In this document: in pieces, positions 1 through 7,783 of the stretch
Layout of the letters: the number at the start of each line of letters is the position of its first letter
Position numbering within the stretch: position 1 is the first letter of the stretch
Assembly: GCA_964540015.1 (NCBI GenBank)
Contig: CAZIKW010000004.1
Location: 629-38,157 of the forward strand
Length of the DNA stretch: 37,529 bases
Direction: 5' to 3'
Source: an uncultured Methanosarcinales archaeon
Lineage (GTDB): Archaea; Nanobdellota; Nanobdellia; Woesearchaeales; UBA525
Position numbers and translations under genes: made by a program
The notes under the pieces: generated by a model
What the model was told of the DNA's origin: nothing
What the model saw: only the letters and a program-made list of their open reading frames with translations
Databases searched by the model: none

Positions 1-312
1 ATTCTGGACACACGTCGTGCCGAGGCAGACCTTTGGAGGAGTGCCTGCGGACGCGGTGCGGTACATCTCAAAGAACTGCGGTTGGTAATCGCCCGGTTTA
101 TTGCAGACCTTTACCGTGATGCTGTTTGCGCCCTCTGCGCACACGATGACGCGACAGCCACCGCTCAGCGCGTCAGAGGATATCGTGCCGCCCGTGCATG
201 TTGCCGGGATGGTTTTGCTAGTGGTGTAGCACGCGTCCGCCCACACACCGCCGACGAGAGCGAGTGCGAGGACGAACACGGCAAACGAGAAGAAAACGGT
301 GGTTTTAGTCAT
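1..312 (-). CDS. Secreted cysteine-rich protein, N-terminal fragment (continues off the window edge)
   Basis: A reverse-strand ATG (cat at 310-312) opens MTKTTVFFSFAVFVLALALVGGVWADACYTTSKTIPATCTGG..., which stays open to position 1. It has a hydrophobic signal-peptide-like N-terminus followed by a Cys-rich mature part. It is absent from the ORF track because no stop lies in the window. Confidence 0.5.
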   Translation of the reverse strand, partial: MTKTTVFFSFAVFVLALALVGGVWADACYTTSKTIPATCTGGTISSDALSGGCRVIVCAEGANSITVKVCNKPGDYQPQFFEMYRTASAGTPPKVCLGTTCVQN

Positions 313-394
313 ATGCAGTTGCGCAACGGGGCGCGATTGAAATATGTTGCTACGTAGGGCTTAGAAATGAAAAAAGGAGTGTTATTTCAGCGGG

Positions 395-649
395 TCAGTC
401 CCGGTAGGTCGGGTCGCAAGATGAGCAGTCCCCGCAACCACAACCCGATGTTCTGCTCTTGCTTCGCTGGTAGCTATTCCATAACTCCACACGGTCAGAG
501 AGATCCTCAGCGGAGTAGAAGTCATCGGGGATCCCACCGCTGCTTTGGAACCCTTCTTGACGCATTCCCCACGTGACCCGTTCAGGAGGTACTTCCGTTG
601 ACGTCGGGTTTTGCACCTTGTTCTCTAAATCTTCTTTCATAGTGGTCAT
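395..649 (-). CDS. Small hypothetical protein (84 aa) with a C-terminal CxCxxCxxC cluster
   Basis: This is the C-terminal part of the 395-1189 ORF: MTTMKEDLENK...SGCGCGDCSSCDPTYRD. A perfect GGAGGTGA Shine-Dalgarno sequence (reverse complement of 655-662) sits 5 nt upstream of the ATG at 649. It is the third gene of a tightly packed minus-strand trio. Confidence 0.45.
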   Translation of the reverse strand: MTTMKEDLENKVQNPTSTEVPPERVTWGMRQEGFQSSGGIPDDFYSAEDLSDRVELWNSYQRSKSRTSGCGCGDCSSCDPTYRD

Positions 650-654
650 ACGAT

Positions 655-777
655 TCACCTCCGTCCGTTGGGCAGTTGTCCCAGTCCTTGCAGCGCCATC
701 CAGCGCAGCTTGTCGCCGCTCCAGTGCGGGTATTGCGCACGCAGTCGGCTCTCTATCTCCAGAAGCTGTTCTTTCAT
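655..777 (-). CDS. Very small hypothetical protein (40 aa)
   Basis: I read this from the reverse strand: MKEQLLEIESRLRAQYPHWSGDKLRWMALQGLGQLPNGRR. Its ATG overlaps the stop of the upstream gene as ATGA (774-777). Its TGA lies inside the SD of the downstream gene. It is too short to appear in the ORF track. Confidence 0.35.
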   Translation of the reverse strand: MKEQLLEIESRLRAQYPHWSGDKLRWMALQGLGQLPNGRR

Positions 778-1253
778 AGTTCCCCCTCCAGTGCGACCTC
801 GTAGGCGAGGTCATCCGCAGTGATTTCCCGTCGGGCGACGTAGGTGCGACCGTTCCCCGCTGTCGCGAGGATGGTGTCGTCCTCTTGGATTTCCGCCCAG
901 AGCCGGTAGCCGTCGTAGTTCCCCGCACCAAGCCGCTTGTCGAGCCGTTCGCGCGCAGGCGCGTCGTAGTCAGGTTTCGCCGTGTCGACCACCGTTCTGC
1001 CTCGTGCGAGCCGTCCTTGGTCCGTGACCAGGAGCAGTCCGTCGCAGAAGGTGAGCGCGTAGTCGAGGTCGGTCGTGAAGCAGACCCCGCAGCCGACAGA
1101 AAGGTCCCCGTCGCGTGGTGTTTGCGTGTTCGCCCGTCGGTACTCGTCGAGCGCCTGGCGCGCCACTCCGCGGTAGAGCGGCCGGTCAAGCGTCGCCGCC
1201 AGAGCGGTCACGGTCGCCGGCAGGTCTTGCCGTCGTACCGAGAGCCGTCTCAT
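774..1253 (-). CDS. Hypothetical protein (159 aa)
   Basis: This uses the internal ATG of the 774-1331 ORF (MRRLSVRRQDLPATV...), 28-30 nt downstream of the TATA-like ATAAATA at 1283-1289. I recognised no domain. Confidence 0.55.
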   Translation of the reverse strand: MRRLSVRRQDLPATVTALAATLDRPLYRGVARQALDEYRRANTQTPRDGDLSVGCGVCFTTDLDYALTFCDGLLLVTDQGRLARGRTVVDTAKPDYDAPARERLDKRLGAGNYDGYRLWAEIQEDDTILATAGNGRTYVARREITADDLAYEVALEGEL

Positions 1254-1281
1254 GGTACGGCCTGAGAGGCCCTGCCAAAGA

Positions 1282-1290
1282 CATAAATAC
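1282..1290. promoter_or_regulatory. Single central TATA-like box (CATAAATAC) shared by divergent genes starting at 1253 (-) and 1315 (+)
   Basis: It is the only AT-rich element in the 61-nt divergent gap. It lies about 28 nt from the minus-strand ATG and about 25 nt from the plus-strand ATG. Confidence 0.4.
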
Positions 1291-1291
1291 T

Positions 1292-1313
1292 TGTTGTAGA
1301 AGAATCTACAACA
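1292..1313 (+). promoter_or_regulatory. Perfect 9-bp inverted repeat TGTTGTAGA-AGAA-TCTACAACA between the TATA box and the ATG of the TrmB-family gene (candidate auto-operator)
   Basis: Read directly: 1292-1300 is the exact reverse complement of 1305-1313. The repeat ends 1 nt before the ATG at 1315. Confidence 0.45.
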
Positions 1314-1314
1314 T

Positions 1315-2052
1315 ATGAAAGACCCGGTCAAAACGCTCTTCTCCTTGGGCTTCAGCCCAAACGAGATCGCAGTCTACCTCGCGCTCAACCGTGCGGGATC
1401 GCGCAAGGCAGGGGATGTCGCGAAGCTCGCGAAGATCGATCGTAGCAGTTGTTACAACACGCTGCGATCCCTTGCGCAAAAAGGCCTCGTGAGCTATGTG
1501 ACCATCGGACAAGTGAAATGGTTCCAGTCGACGGGACCGCGGCTCCTACGCGACTATGTGAAAGCGCAGCTCGACGATGTTGAAGAGATTATTCCTGAGC
1601 TCCACGCACAGCATAAAGCAGGAAAGCTCGAAGGGCAAGTGCGGCTGTTTAAGGGCCCGAAAGGAGTCCGGTCGCTGTTTTTGGATATCATCCGCGCGGG
1701 GCAGGACAATATGGTGTTCGGGTCAGAAGGGCAACTCTCCGACCGTATGCCGGAATTCGCTGCGCAGTTCCAACGCATGCGCGTCGAACGGGGGATCCGC
1801 ACGCGACTCGTGTGCCGCGCGGGACGGGAGGAAAAGGACTCGCCGCATAGCGTGCATCGATATCTCGACGTGGAGGCGAGCCCGGCAGTCACGAACATCT
1901 ATGGCGACAAGATCGCGATCGTCATCTGGACCGAAGAACCGGAAGCGGTCCTCATCGAGAACGCTGCGGCAGCGAAAGCGTATCGCAGCTATTTCGAGGT
2001 ATTGTGGCGCACCGCAAAGGCGAGTCCCACGGCCAAGCGGAGGCGAGCATGA
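1315..2052 (+). CDS. TrmB-family winged-helix transcriptional regulator
   Basis: The N-terminus LFSLGFSPNEIAVYLALNRAGSRKAGDVAKLAKIDRSSCYNTLRSLAQKGLV is the typical TrmB wHTH. Length is 245 aa. It is a paralog of the 11692-12462 gene. Confidence 0.8.
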   Translation: MKDPVKTLFSLGFSPNEIAVYLALNRAGSRKAGDVAKLAKIDRSSCYNTLRSLAQKGLVSYVTIGQVKWFQSTGPRLLRDYVKAQLDDVEEIIPELHAQHKAGKLEGQVRLFKGPKGVRSLFLDIIRAGQDNMVFGSEGQLSDRMPEFAAQFQRMRVERGIRTRLVCRAGREEKDSPHSVHRYLDVEASPAVTNIYGDKIAIVIWTEEPEAVLIENAAAAKAYRSYFEVLWRTAKASPTAKRRRA

Positions 2053-3191
2053 ATCGCGATAGCGGATCACAGCTCAAAGCGGCGCTGCGTATGTTCCGAC
2101 GGGCATCGCATGTGCGCACACATGGTTTTCGCAAATACGCGGGAACGCCTGAACAGATCTGTCGTGCGATATTGGAAGACGCGTATGATGAACGCACCGG
2201 GCACTATCGTGTGAGTGACGGGCACTTCCAGGATTTCTACGTACGGGACTTCGCACTTATCGCAGAAGACCTCGTTCGTCTCGGGTATGCGAAACGCGTG
2301 CGCTCAACGCTCGCGTATGCGCTCGCGCAGTTTGCCGCTGCCGGCCGCGTCACGACATCCATAGCACCCGGCGGGCGTGCATTCGATTTCCCGCGCTACG
2401 GACCGGATTCGCTCGCATTACTCTTGCGGACAGTACGCGTGACGAAAAATAACGAACTCGCGCGCAAGCATCATGCATTCCTTCAAAAAGAGATCGAACG
2501 ATTCGCATCCCTTGTCGTCGATCCAAAAACGCTCCTGCCACGCAAGGACCGGAAATTCTCAAGCATCCGCGATCATACGGCACGCTCCGCGTCCTGCTAT
2601 GACGCATCGATGGTCGCACTCGTCGCGCTCGAAGCGCCGAAACTCGGCCTGAAATTCCCCTACGCGTTCAAGAAAATTCAAAAAGCGCTCATAGAGACGT
2701 ACTGGAACGGCACGTACTTCTTCAGCGACACGGCGAAACAGCCAATCGTCGTCGGTGACGCGAATGTCTTTCCGTTCTGGACCGGCGTCGTGACAGCCAA
2801 GCGCATCCTGACGCAAGCGTTCGACAGCATCCGCGCGGCAGGGCTCGATGACCCGTTCCCGCTCCGGTATGTGAGTACCCTCGACACCGCACGTGAAAAG
2901 GCCGGATGGCATATCGCAGCATGGCTCGCGCCAGGATACGAGACGGACGCGCTCTGGATACATCTCGGATGTGCGTATCTGCATGTGCTAATCAAGCACG
3001 ATCCCGCGTTAACGAAGAAGCACCTCGCCTCCTACGAGCGGTTAATCAAGGAGCACACCACATTCCTCGAACTGTACGCGCCCGATGGGCAACCATATCG
3101 GACACCGTTGTACGTCACCGATGAAGCCATGAGCTGGTGTGCGATGTGGCTCGGGCTCCAGAAGCGCTTCACAACGAGAAAAGAACGTTGA
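2049..3191 (+). CDS. Putative (alpha/alpha)6-barrel glycoside hydrolase-like protein (GDE_C/GH15/GH63-like)
   Basis: The start was chosen at MNRDSGSQ..., whose ATG overlaps the TrmB stop as ATGA (2049-2052). The FYVRDFALIAEDLVRLGY segment and the overall helical repeat pattern resemble six-hairpin glycosidases. The family assignment is tentative. Confidence 0.45.
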   Translation: MNRDSGSQLKAALRMFRRASHVRTHGFRKYAGTPEQICRAILEDAYDERTGHYRVSDGHFQDFYVRDFALIAEDLVRLGYAKRVRSTLAYALAQFAAAGRVTTSIAPGGRAFDFPRYGPDSLALLLRTVRVTKNNELARKHHAFLQKEIERFASLVVDPKTLLPRKDRKFSSIRDHTARSASCYDASMVALVALEAPKLGLKFPYAFKKIQKALIETYWNGTYFFSDTAKQPIVVGDANVFPFWTGVVTAKRILTQAFDSIRAAGLDDPFPLRYVSTLDTAREKAGWHIAAWLAPGYETDALWIHLGCAYLHVLIKHDPALTKKHLASYERLIKEHTTFLELYAPDGQPYRTPLYVTDEAMSWCAMWLGLQKRFTTRKER

Positions 3192-3198
3192 GCGCAAT

Positions 3199-4005
3199 CT
3201 ACTTCCTTCTTCTCAACACATTCGCTTTCGTCGCCAAGATACGCGTCGCGCTCTTGGCGCTGTCGAGCATCTGTCGACGGAACTGGCGCTCTTCGCCGAT
3301 CACCGCGACGCGTTTCGCCTTCACATCCTCGAGAAAATCCTCCCAGCTCTCTGACGTCGAGACCGTGAACGCGCTACCGACCGCGTGGATCGTGTGGCCG
3401 TCGGAGCCGCCCGTAATCGCTTTATTGTATTGCATCGCCCATCCAGCCGCGGCAAGATTCTGGCGGTGGAGCATCGCCTGATTGATGACCTCAAACGTGT
3501 CGATGTGACGCAGCAATGGCTTGTTCGCCGGTTCACGGAAGTAGGTATAGCTGCGTCGTGGATGCATCGCGAACGGGTGCGGGAGCGCGATGACGCAATT
3601 CACGCGCTTGAGCTCGTCGAGGAGCTCCGCCATGCTGATGCCAGTCGCACCGCTCCTGATGCTGCTCTTGCGCTTGATATACCGCTCCATCCTCGTCTCG
3701 AAGAACTCCAAGAGCTCCTTGTGGCTATAGAAGTACGCGATGATATCCTTCCCTTCTTTCGTCGTTATTTCGACTGCAGGCATGATCGTGTCGTGCGCGT
3801 GGGCTTTGAGTGCGGCAGCAGTTCCCGCAACGCTGTTATGATCCGTCAATGCAACGCAGAACCCCGCGCCACGCGCTTTCGCGATGATGAGCTGCAGCGG
3901 AGTGCGGCAATCATGGCTGTGCTCGCTGTGCGCGTGCATGTCGACGAGGAAATGCCCGTCTTTGCGCAATTTCGGGATGTCTGGTTTCGTGAAGTAGACG
4001 CGCAT
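3199..4005 (-). CDS. PHP-domain metal-dependent phosphoesterase
   Basis: Motifs VDMHAHSEHSHD and ALTDHNSV are typical of PHP proteins. It lies 7 nt downstream of gatE on the same strand. Confidence 0.8.
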   Translation of the reverse strand: MRVYFTKPDIPKLRKDGHFLVDMHAHSEHSHDCRTPLQLIIAKARGAGFCVALTDHNSVAGTAAALKAHAHDTIMPAVEITTKEGKDIIAYFYSHKELLEFFETRMERYIKRKSSIRSGATGISMAELLDELKRVNCVIALPHPFAMHPRRSYTYFREPANKPLLRHIDTFEVINQAMLHRQNLAAAGWAMQYNKAITGGSDGHTIHAVGSAFTVSTSESWEDFLEDVKAKRVAVIGEERQFRRQMLDSAKSATRILATKANVLRRRK

Positions 4006-4012
4006 GAAATCC

Positions 4013-5875
4013 TCACAACGATGATGCTATCTCTTCACGCAAGATGCGCTCAATGACCTTGCCGTCCGCCTTTCCACGCAAATCCTTCATCGCGATACCC
4101 ATCATAGCGCCCATGGTGACGCCCGGGTGCTTGGCGACGATCGCACGGATGTTCTTTCGCACGTCTTCATCCGGCATCTGCTCGTAGCGCTTATGTCCCT
4201 CGCGATAGAACGCTTCGAGATCCTTCGCAGGCGTTTTTTTCGTGATGGCTTCTTCCATGAGCGATTTCACGGCTGCTTCACCTAAGGAACCAGATTGCAC
4301 CATCGGGAGGAGCGCTTGCGCATATACATCGAAGCGTTCGTTTTCCGTTGACGAGAATTTCGAAAGAAGTTCACGCGGCCACGTAACCAGCGCAGCACCC
4401 AGAAATTGGTAGGAGAGTTTCGGGTATGAACGATGATATTCGTGGATATCGATATCGTCGGCAATCAAGGACTTCGTGATATCCGTCGACAATCCTGTTT
4501 CTCTCGCAAGGGACGCAATCTGATCAGAGAGGAGCGTGATAGGCGGGATATTGGACAGGTCAATCTCAACGACGGGGATATCTGTTTCCGGATACATGCG
4601 CGCGCCACCAGACATGGGACGCAAGAAGGAGCTCGTGGCGTCCGGGTTCGCTTTGCGCACTTCTTTTGGGACACCGTTCGAGAGCATGGCGATACGTGAT
4701 GCGATACCGCCGTGGAATGTTGATTGAATGCGGTGCGGGTCGCCGATGAGCACCATGAACGCATCGTGTTGCGCGCAACCGAACGCGTGGCGCAGCGCAT
4801 CTTTGTCAGCACCATACTTGGCCATATCCTCGTCGCTGTGAATCAGCCCGCCGAACCCTTGCGAACGCGCGATATCCGCGAGCTCTGAACCGACACGATG
4901 ATTGGGCATGAGTTCGATGCCGAGGATGCCATTGAGGTGCTCGACGCGCACACCGACCGCTTTCGCGCCACCTGCAATCGCTTTTTTGACGAACCCTGCA
5001 GTGCTGTCTTTGAAGACGGCGGTGACGTCGACAGTTTCGTGTACCGTGGGAGAGTGCGGTATCTTCGCTTTAAGCGCGAGCAATGCCTGCTGCCGTCTTA
5101 TCTCGTTCTCGACAATCTGCGGGATCTGGCGCAGGTCTTGGCAGCCCTTAATCTCGACGCGTGCACCGCCTTTGATACTGACGTTGAGATCCTGGCGAAT
5201 GGTTCCGAGTCCTCGTTTCACCCGACGTGTGGAGCGGAGAATCATACCGATCTGCGCGGCCGTCTCCTTCGCCTGCTCGGGCGTCGTGATGTCGGGCTCT
5301 GTCGCGAGCTCGATGAGTGGGATGCCGAGGCGACTCAGGTCGTAGGTGTCTTCTTCCGAAGTTCTACTGATGATCTTCGCCGCATCTTCCTCAAGCGCGA
5401 TCGTCTGGATACGTACTTTCGTGCCAGGCACGACACCGCCGAGCGCAACGAGTCCTGTGCGCTGGAAGCCGGAGACATTACTGCCATCCACGATCGTCTT
5501 GCGCATGAACTGCACTCTTGGTAAGATGTGTGTCCCGCAGGCTTTCGCGACCATCAACACGGTTTCGAGCGCTTCGGTATCGCACGGGTGCGGCGGCTCC
5601 TCATCTAATTCGACAAGGCAGGTATACTCACGATGCGCACCGTACGCGAACCGTTTCGCTTTGGACTGCTCAGCTGCTGCCGCGACATCGACCTCACCGG
5701 TCTCGCCTGCGGCTGCGCGCAGTTGCCTTCGCACGACCACGTCAGGTTTTCGGTCGACGATCTCTCCAGGACACTGGCAAAACAGCTTACGGCTCCCTTG
5801 GCGGCCGAGTTGCTGATGGATCTCAAGACCAACTTTCAAGCCGACTATCGGGTCAGGAATCATCGTCGATTGCAC
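4013..5875 (-). CDS. gatE: Glutamyl-tRNA(Gln) amidotransferase subunit E
   Basis: The protein is 620 aa. It has the GLKVGLEIHQQL N-terminus, a GatB/E core and the archaeal-specific insertion. Confidence 0.93.
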   Translation of the reverse strand: MQSTMIPDPIVGLKVGLEIHQQLGRQGSRKLFCQCPGEIVDRKPDVVVRRQLRAAAGETGEVDVAAAAEQSKAKRFAYGAHREYTCLVELDEEPPHPCDTEALETVLMVAKACGTHILPRVQFMRKTIVDGSNVSGFQRTGLVALGGVVPGTKVRIQTIALEEDAAKIISRTSEEDTYDLSRLGIPLIELATEPDITTPEQAKETAAQIGMILRSTRRVKRGLGTIRQDLNVSIKGGARVEIKGCQDLRQIPQIVENEIRRQQALLALKAKIPHSPTVHETVDVTAVFKDSTAGFVKKAIAGGAKAVGVRVEHLNGILGIELMPNHRVGSELADIARSQGFGGLIHSDEDMAKYGADKDALRHAFGCAQHDAFMVLIGDPHRIQSTFHGGIASRIAMLSNGVPKEVRKANPDATSSFLRPMSGGARMYPETDIPVVEIDLSNIPPITLLSDQIASLARETGLSTDITKSLIADDIDIHEYHRSYPKLSYQFLGAALVTWPRELLSKFSSTENERFDVYAQALLPMVQSGSLGEAAVKSLMEEAITKKTPAKDLEAFYREGHKRYEQMPDEDVRKNIRAIVAKHPGVTMGAMMGIAMKDLRGKADGKVIERILREEIASSL

Positions 5876-5925
5876 GTCCTACGGATTGCTTTTAAACCTT
5901 TGCGGGTCGTACTCGCCGACGGGAA

Positions 5926-6411
5926 TCAGAACTTGAACGCTTGCTCCCATAGCGACAGGAGCGTGTTCGTTTCCCTGCCGCCGCCGACATCCCCCAGCCA
6001 GAAGACCGGAAAGAGGCCAATAAGAAAAAGCAGCACCGCAAGACCGAGAATCATCCACCACACCGTTTGGGAGTTGATAGACCTCTTGCGTAACAGCCAG
6101 ACGACGAAGCAGGCGAACGCGTAGAGGAAGAGGAAATGAACCAACAGTATCCCGAAGACAAAGGCGAAACCCGTGAAGCCAAACATGTTCCATTCAGTGA
6201 TGCTAGACGCAATCCAGAGAATCGATGTCGGGATGAGGGCAGTCGTCCCAACCACGAGGATGTACAACGCGAACGGCGCTGGGAACATGGCGCCAAGGAC
6301 AAGCCACGTCACGACCCGGTGCGCGTCCGGTCGCAAGAATCTCCAGAACCTGCCTTCCTCCCTAGAATCAGTTAAGGGAACGGGAGTGGTTGAATTCTTG
6401 GGACTAGGCAT
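5926..6411 (-). CDS. Integral membrane protein, hypothetical
   Basis: Several hydrophobic helices are present (WLVLGAMFPAPFALYILVV, GFAFVFGILLVHFLFLYAFACFVVWLL, VWWMILGLAVLLFLIGLFPVFWL). The ATG at 6411 is preferred over the TTG at 6426 because it fits a TATA-like AATTTAAG about 25 nt upstream. Confidence 0.6.
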   Translation of the reverse strand: MPSPKNSTTPVPLTDSREEGRFWRFLRPDAHRVVTWLVLGAMFPAPFALYILVVGTTALIPTSILWIASSITEWNMFGFTGFAFVFGILLVHFLFLYAFACFVVWLLRKRSINSQTVWWMILGLAVLLFLIGLFPVFWLGDVGGGRETNTLLSLWEQAFKF

Positions 6412-6564
6412 CAAGGCCAATTTCAAATGGACTGATTCTTAAATTCAATGTATCCTCAAACGGTTTATCAGTTCATTTTGGAAATGGGCGGCGGGAGCTG
6501 TTCTGTACGACGGAACGGACAGAAACTGCTTTTTATAGTTTCGGGATTGGACGAAGGGTGAACG

Positions 6565-6572
6565 TATTTAAG
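6565..6572 (+). promoter_or_regulatory. TATA box TATTTAAG (within TATTTAAGCGA) upstream of the 6595 gene
   Basis: It lies 22 nt upstream of the GTG at 6595. The same 11-mer is found upstream of cdc48. Confidence 0.45.
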
Positions 6573-6594
6573 CGAGAGACGACATAACACACAC

Positions 6595-7701
6595 GTGAGC
6601 TCAGAGAGAACGTGGTTGGTCCTCGCGGTAGCGGTCGCTCTGGCGGGTTGCATCATCACCGGGATGCTCCTACACCAGGCGTATCGCACCGTCTCCGATC
6701 GTGAAGCAACCATTGCCGACTTGCAACAGCGCGTCGTGCAGTTGGAAACAGAACGCATCTCCCAAGATATCGCGTACAGTGAACTCGACCAACGATTCCA
6801 AAATCTCACCTCTGCACACGAAGATCTCGCTACCACGAACACCCGACTTTCACACGACGTCACTACAGCAACAACGTTGATTGACGAGTACCGAACGACT
6901 CTGAAATCGAATCTCGAGTGGTTCAAGGAGAACGCGGTGCTCAACGACACGAGCTTCCCCGAGTACGACCCGCGAGCCCCTGACCGGATAAGGGCGACCC
7001 TGATGAACAGGTGCACGAACCTCGAAGATTCCAAAGCATCAAGCTGCACGATCAAGATCCCTTGCATCGTCTACACGAATTCCCAATCGCTGTTTCTGGA
7101 CTACAAGACGGACGTGAGCGTGACCGGAGAAGAAGATGCGCTCCTCCCTTTGAGAGAAATCGTCGACAACGGCGGCGGGGATTGCGAGGACTACTCGTTA
7201 TTGTTCAAGGCGCAAATCAATCTCCTGAAATCCGCGTGCGGAGAGGAGTTCAATCTGGAGACCATGGAGTACACGGGTGAGAACCGCTACTTTCCTTATT
7301 ACGACGCGGAAGGGAAAGAAAACCGCGACTGGTTCGTGCAAGGATATGCTGCACGGACGCTTCCTGCACACTATACGCACCCCGTCATCGTCTGCGGTAC
7401 GGTGGTAGAACCAGACTCGCGTTTTGGCCATTGCCTCATCGCATTCACGCAATCGCCCATCCGCACCGTGCAGGATCTTATGACGCAACTCCCGGGAGCT
7501 CCGTTGATTGAACCGCAAAACGGCATGTATGAAGCAGACTTGAGCAGTACGCTGAAGGGGACAATGTTCCAAAGCGGCGGAATACTCCTGAGCCTCGATA
7601 CCGTCATCACCGACGAAGACCTCTTCCTCCTCTCAAAGACCCGCGGCACGTGGTTGAGCAACAGGGGATTCCTCGCAGAACTCGACGCAACGCAGGGATA
7701 G
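6595..7701 (+). CDS. Membrane-anchored coiled-coil protein with a transglutaminase-like cysteine peptidase core
   Basis: It uses a GTG start. The N-terminal TM segment is [19 protein letters not shown]. The [16 protein letters not shown] (Cys) and RFGHCLIAF (His) segments fit the transglutaminase-core Cys-His arrangement. Confidence 0.55.
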   Translation: MSSERTWLVLAVAVALAGCIITGMLLHQAYRTVSDREATIADLQQRVVQLETERISQDIAYSELDQRFQNLTSAHEDLATTNTRLSHDVTTATTLIDEYRTTLKSNLEWFKENAVLNDTSFPEYDPRAPDRIRATLMNRCTNLEDSKASSCTIKIPCIVYTNSQSLFLDYKTDVSVTGEEDALLPLREIVDNGGGDCEDYSLLFKAQINLLKSACGEEFNLETMEYTGENRYFPYYDAEGKENRDWFVQGYAARTLPAHYTHPVIVCGTVVEPDSRFGHCLIAFTQSPIRTVQDLMTQLPGAPLIEPQNGMYEADLSSTLKGTMFQSGGILLSLDTVITDEDLFLLSKTRGTWLSNRGFLAELDATQG

Positions 7702-7751
7702 CCATTCCTTTCCCGCACTCCACCAACCGTCTTTTGGGAAAAAAATATTCC

Positions 7752-7759
7752 TATTTAAG
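7752..7759 (+). promoter_or_regulatory. TATA box TATTTAAG (within TATTTAAGCGA) upstream of cdc48
   Basis: It lies 24 nt upstream of the ATG at 7784. Confidence 0.45.
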
Positions 7760-7783
7760 CGACGGATTCTTCACCCAACAGAT

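Noticed and set aside
395-1189. A 264-aa ORF read as a single protein
   Set aside because: Its N-terminal 180 aa are an Arg/Ser/Thr-rich alternative frame overlapping the better 774-1253 frame. Only the last 84 aa, which are preceded by a perfect SD, were kept.
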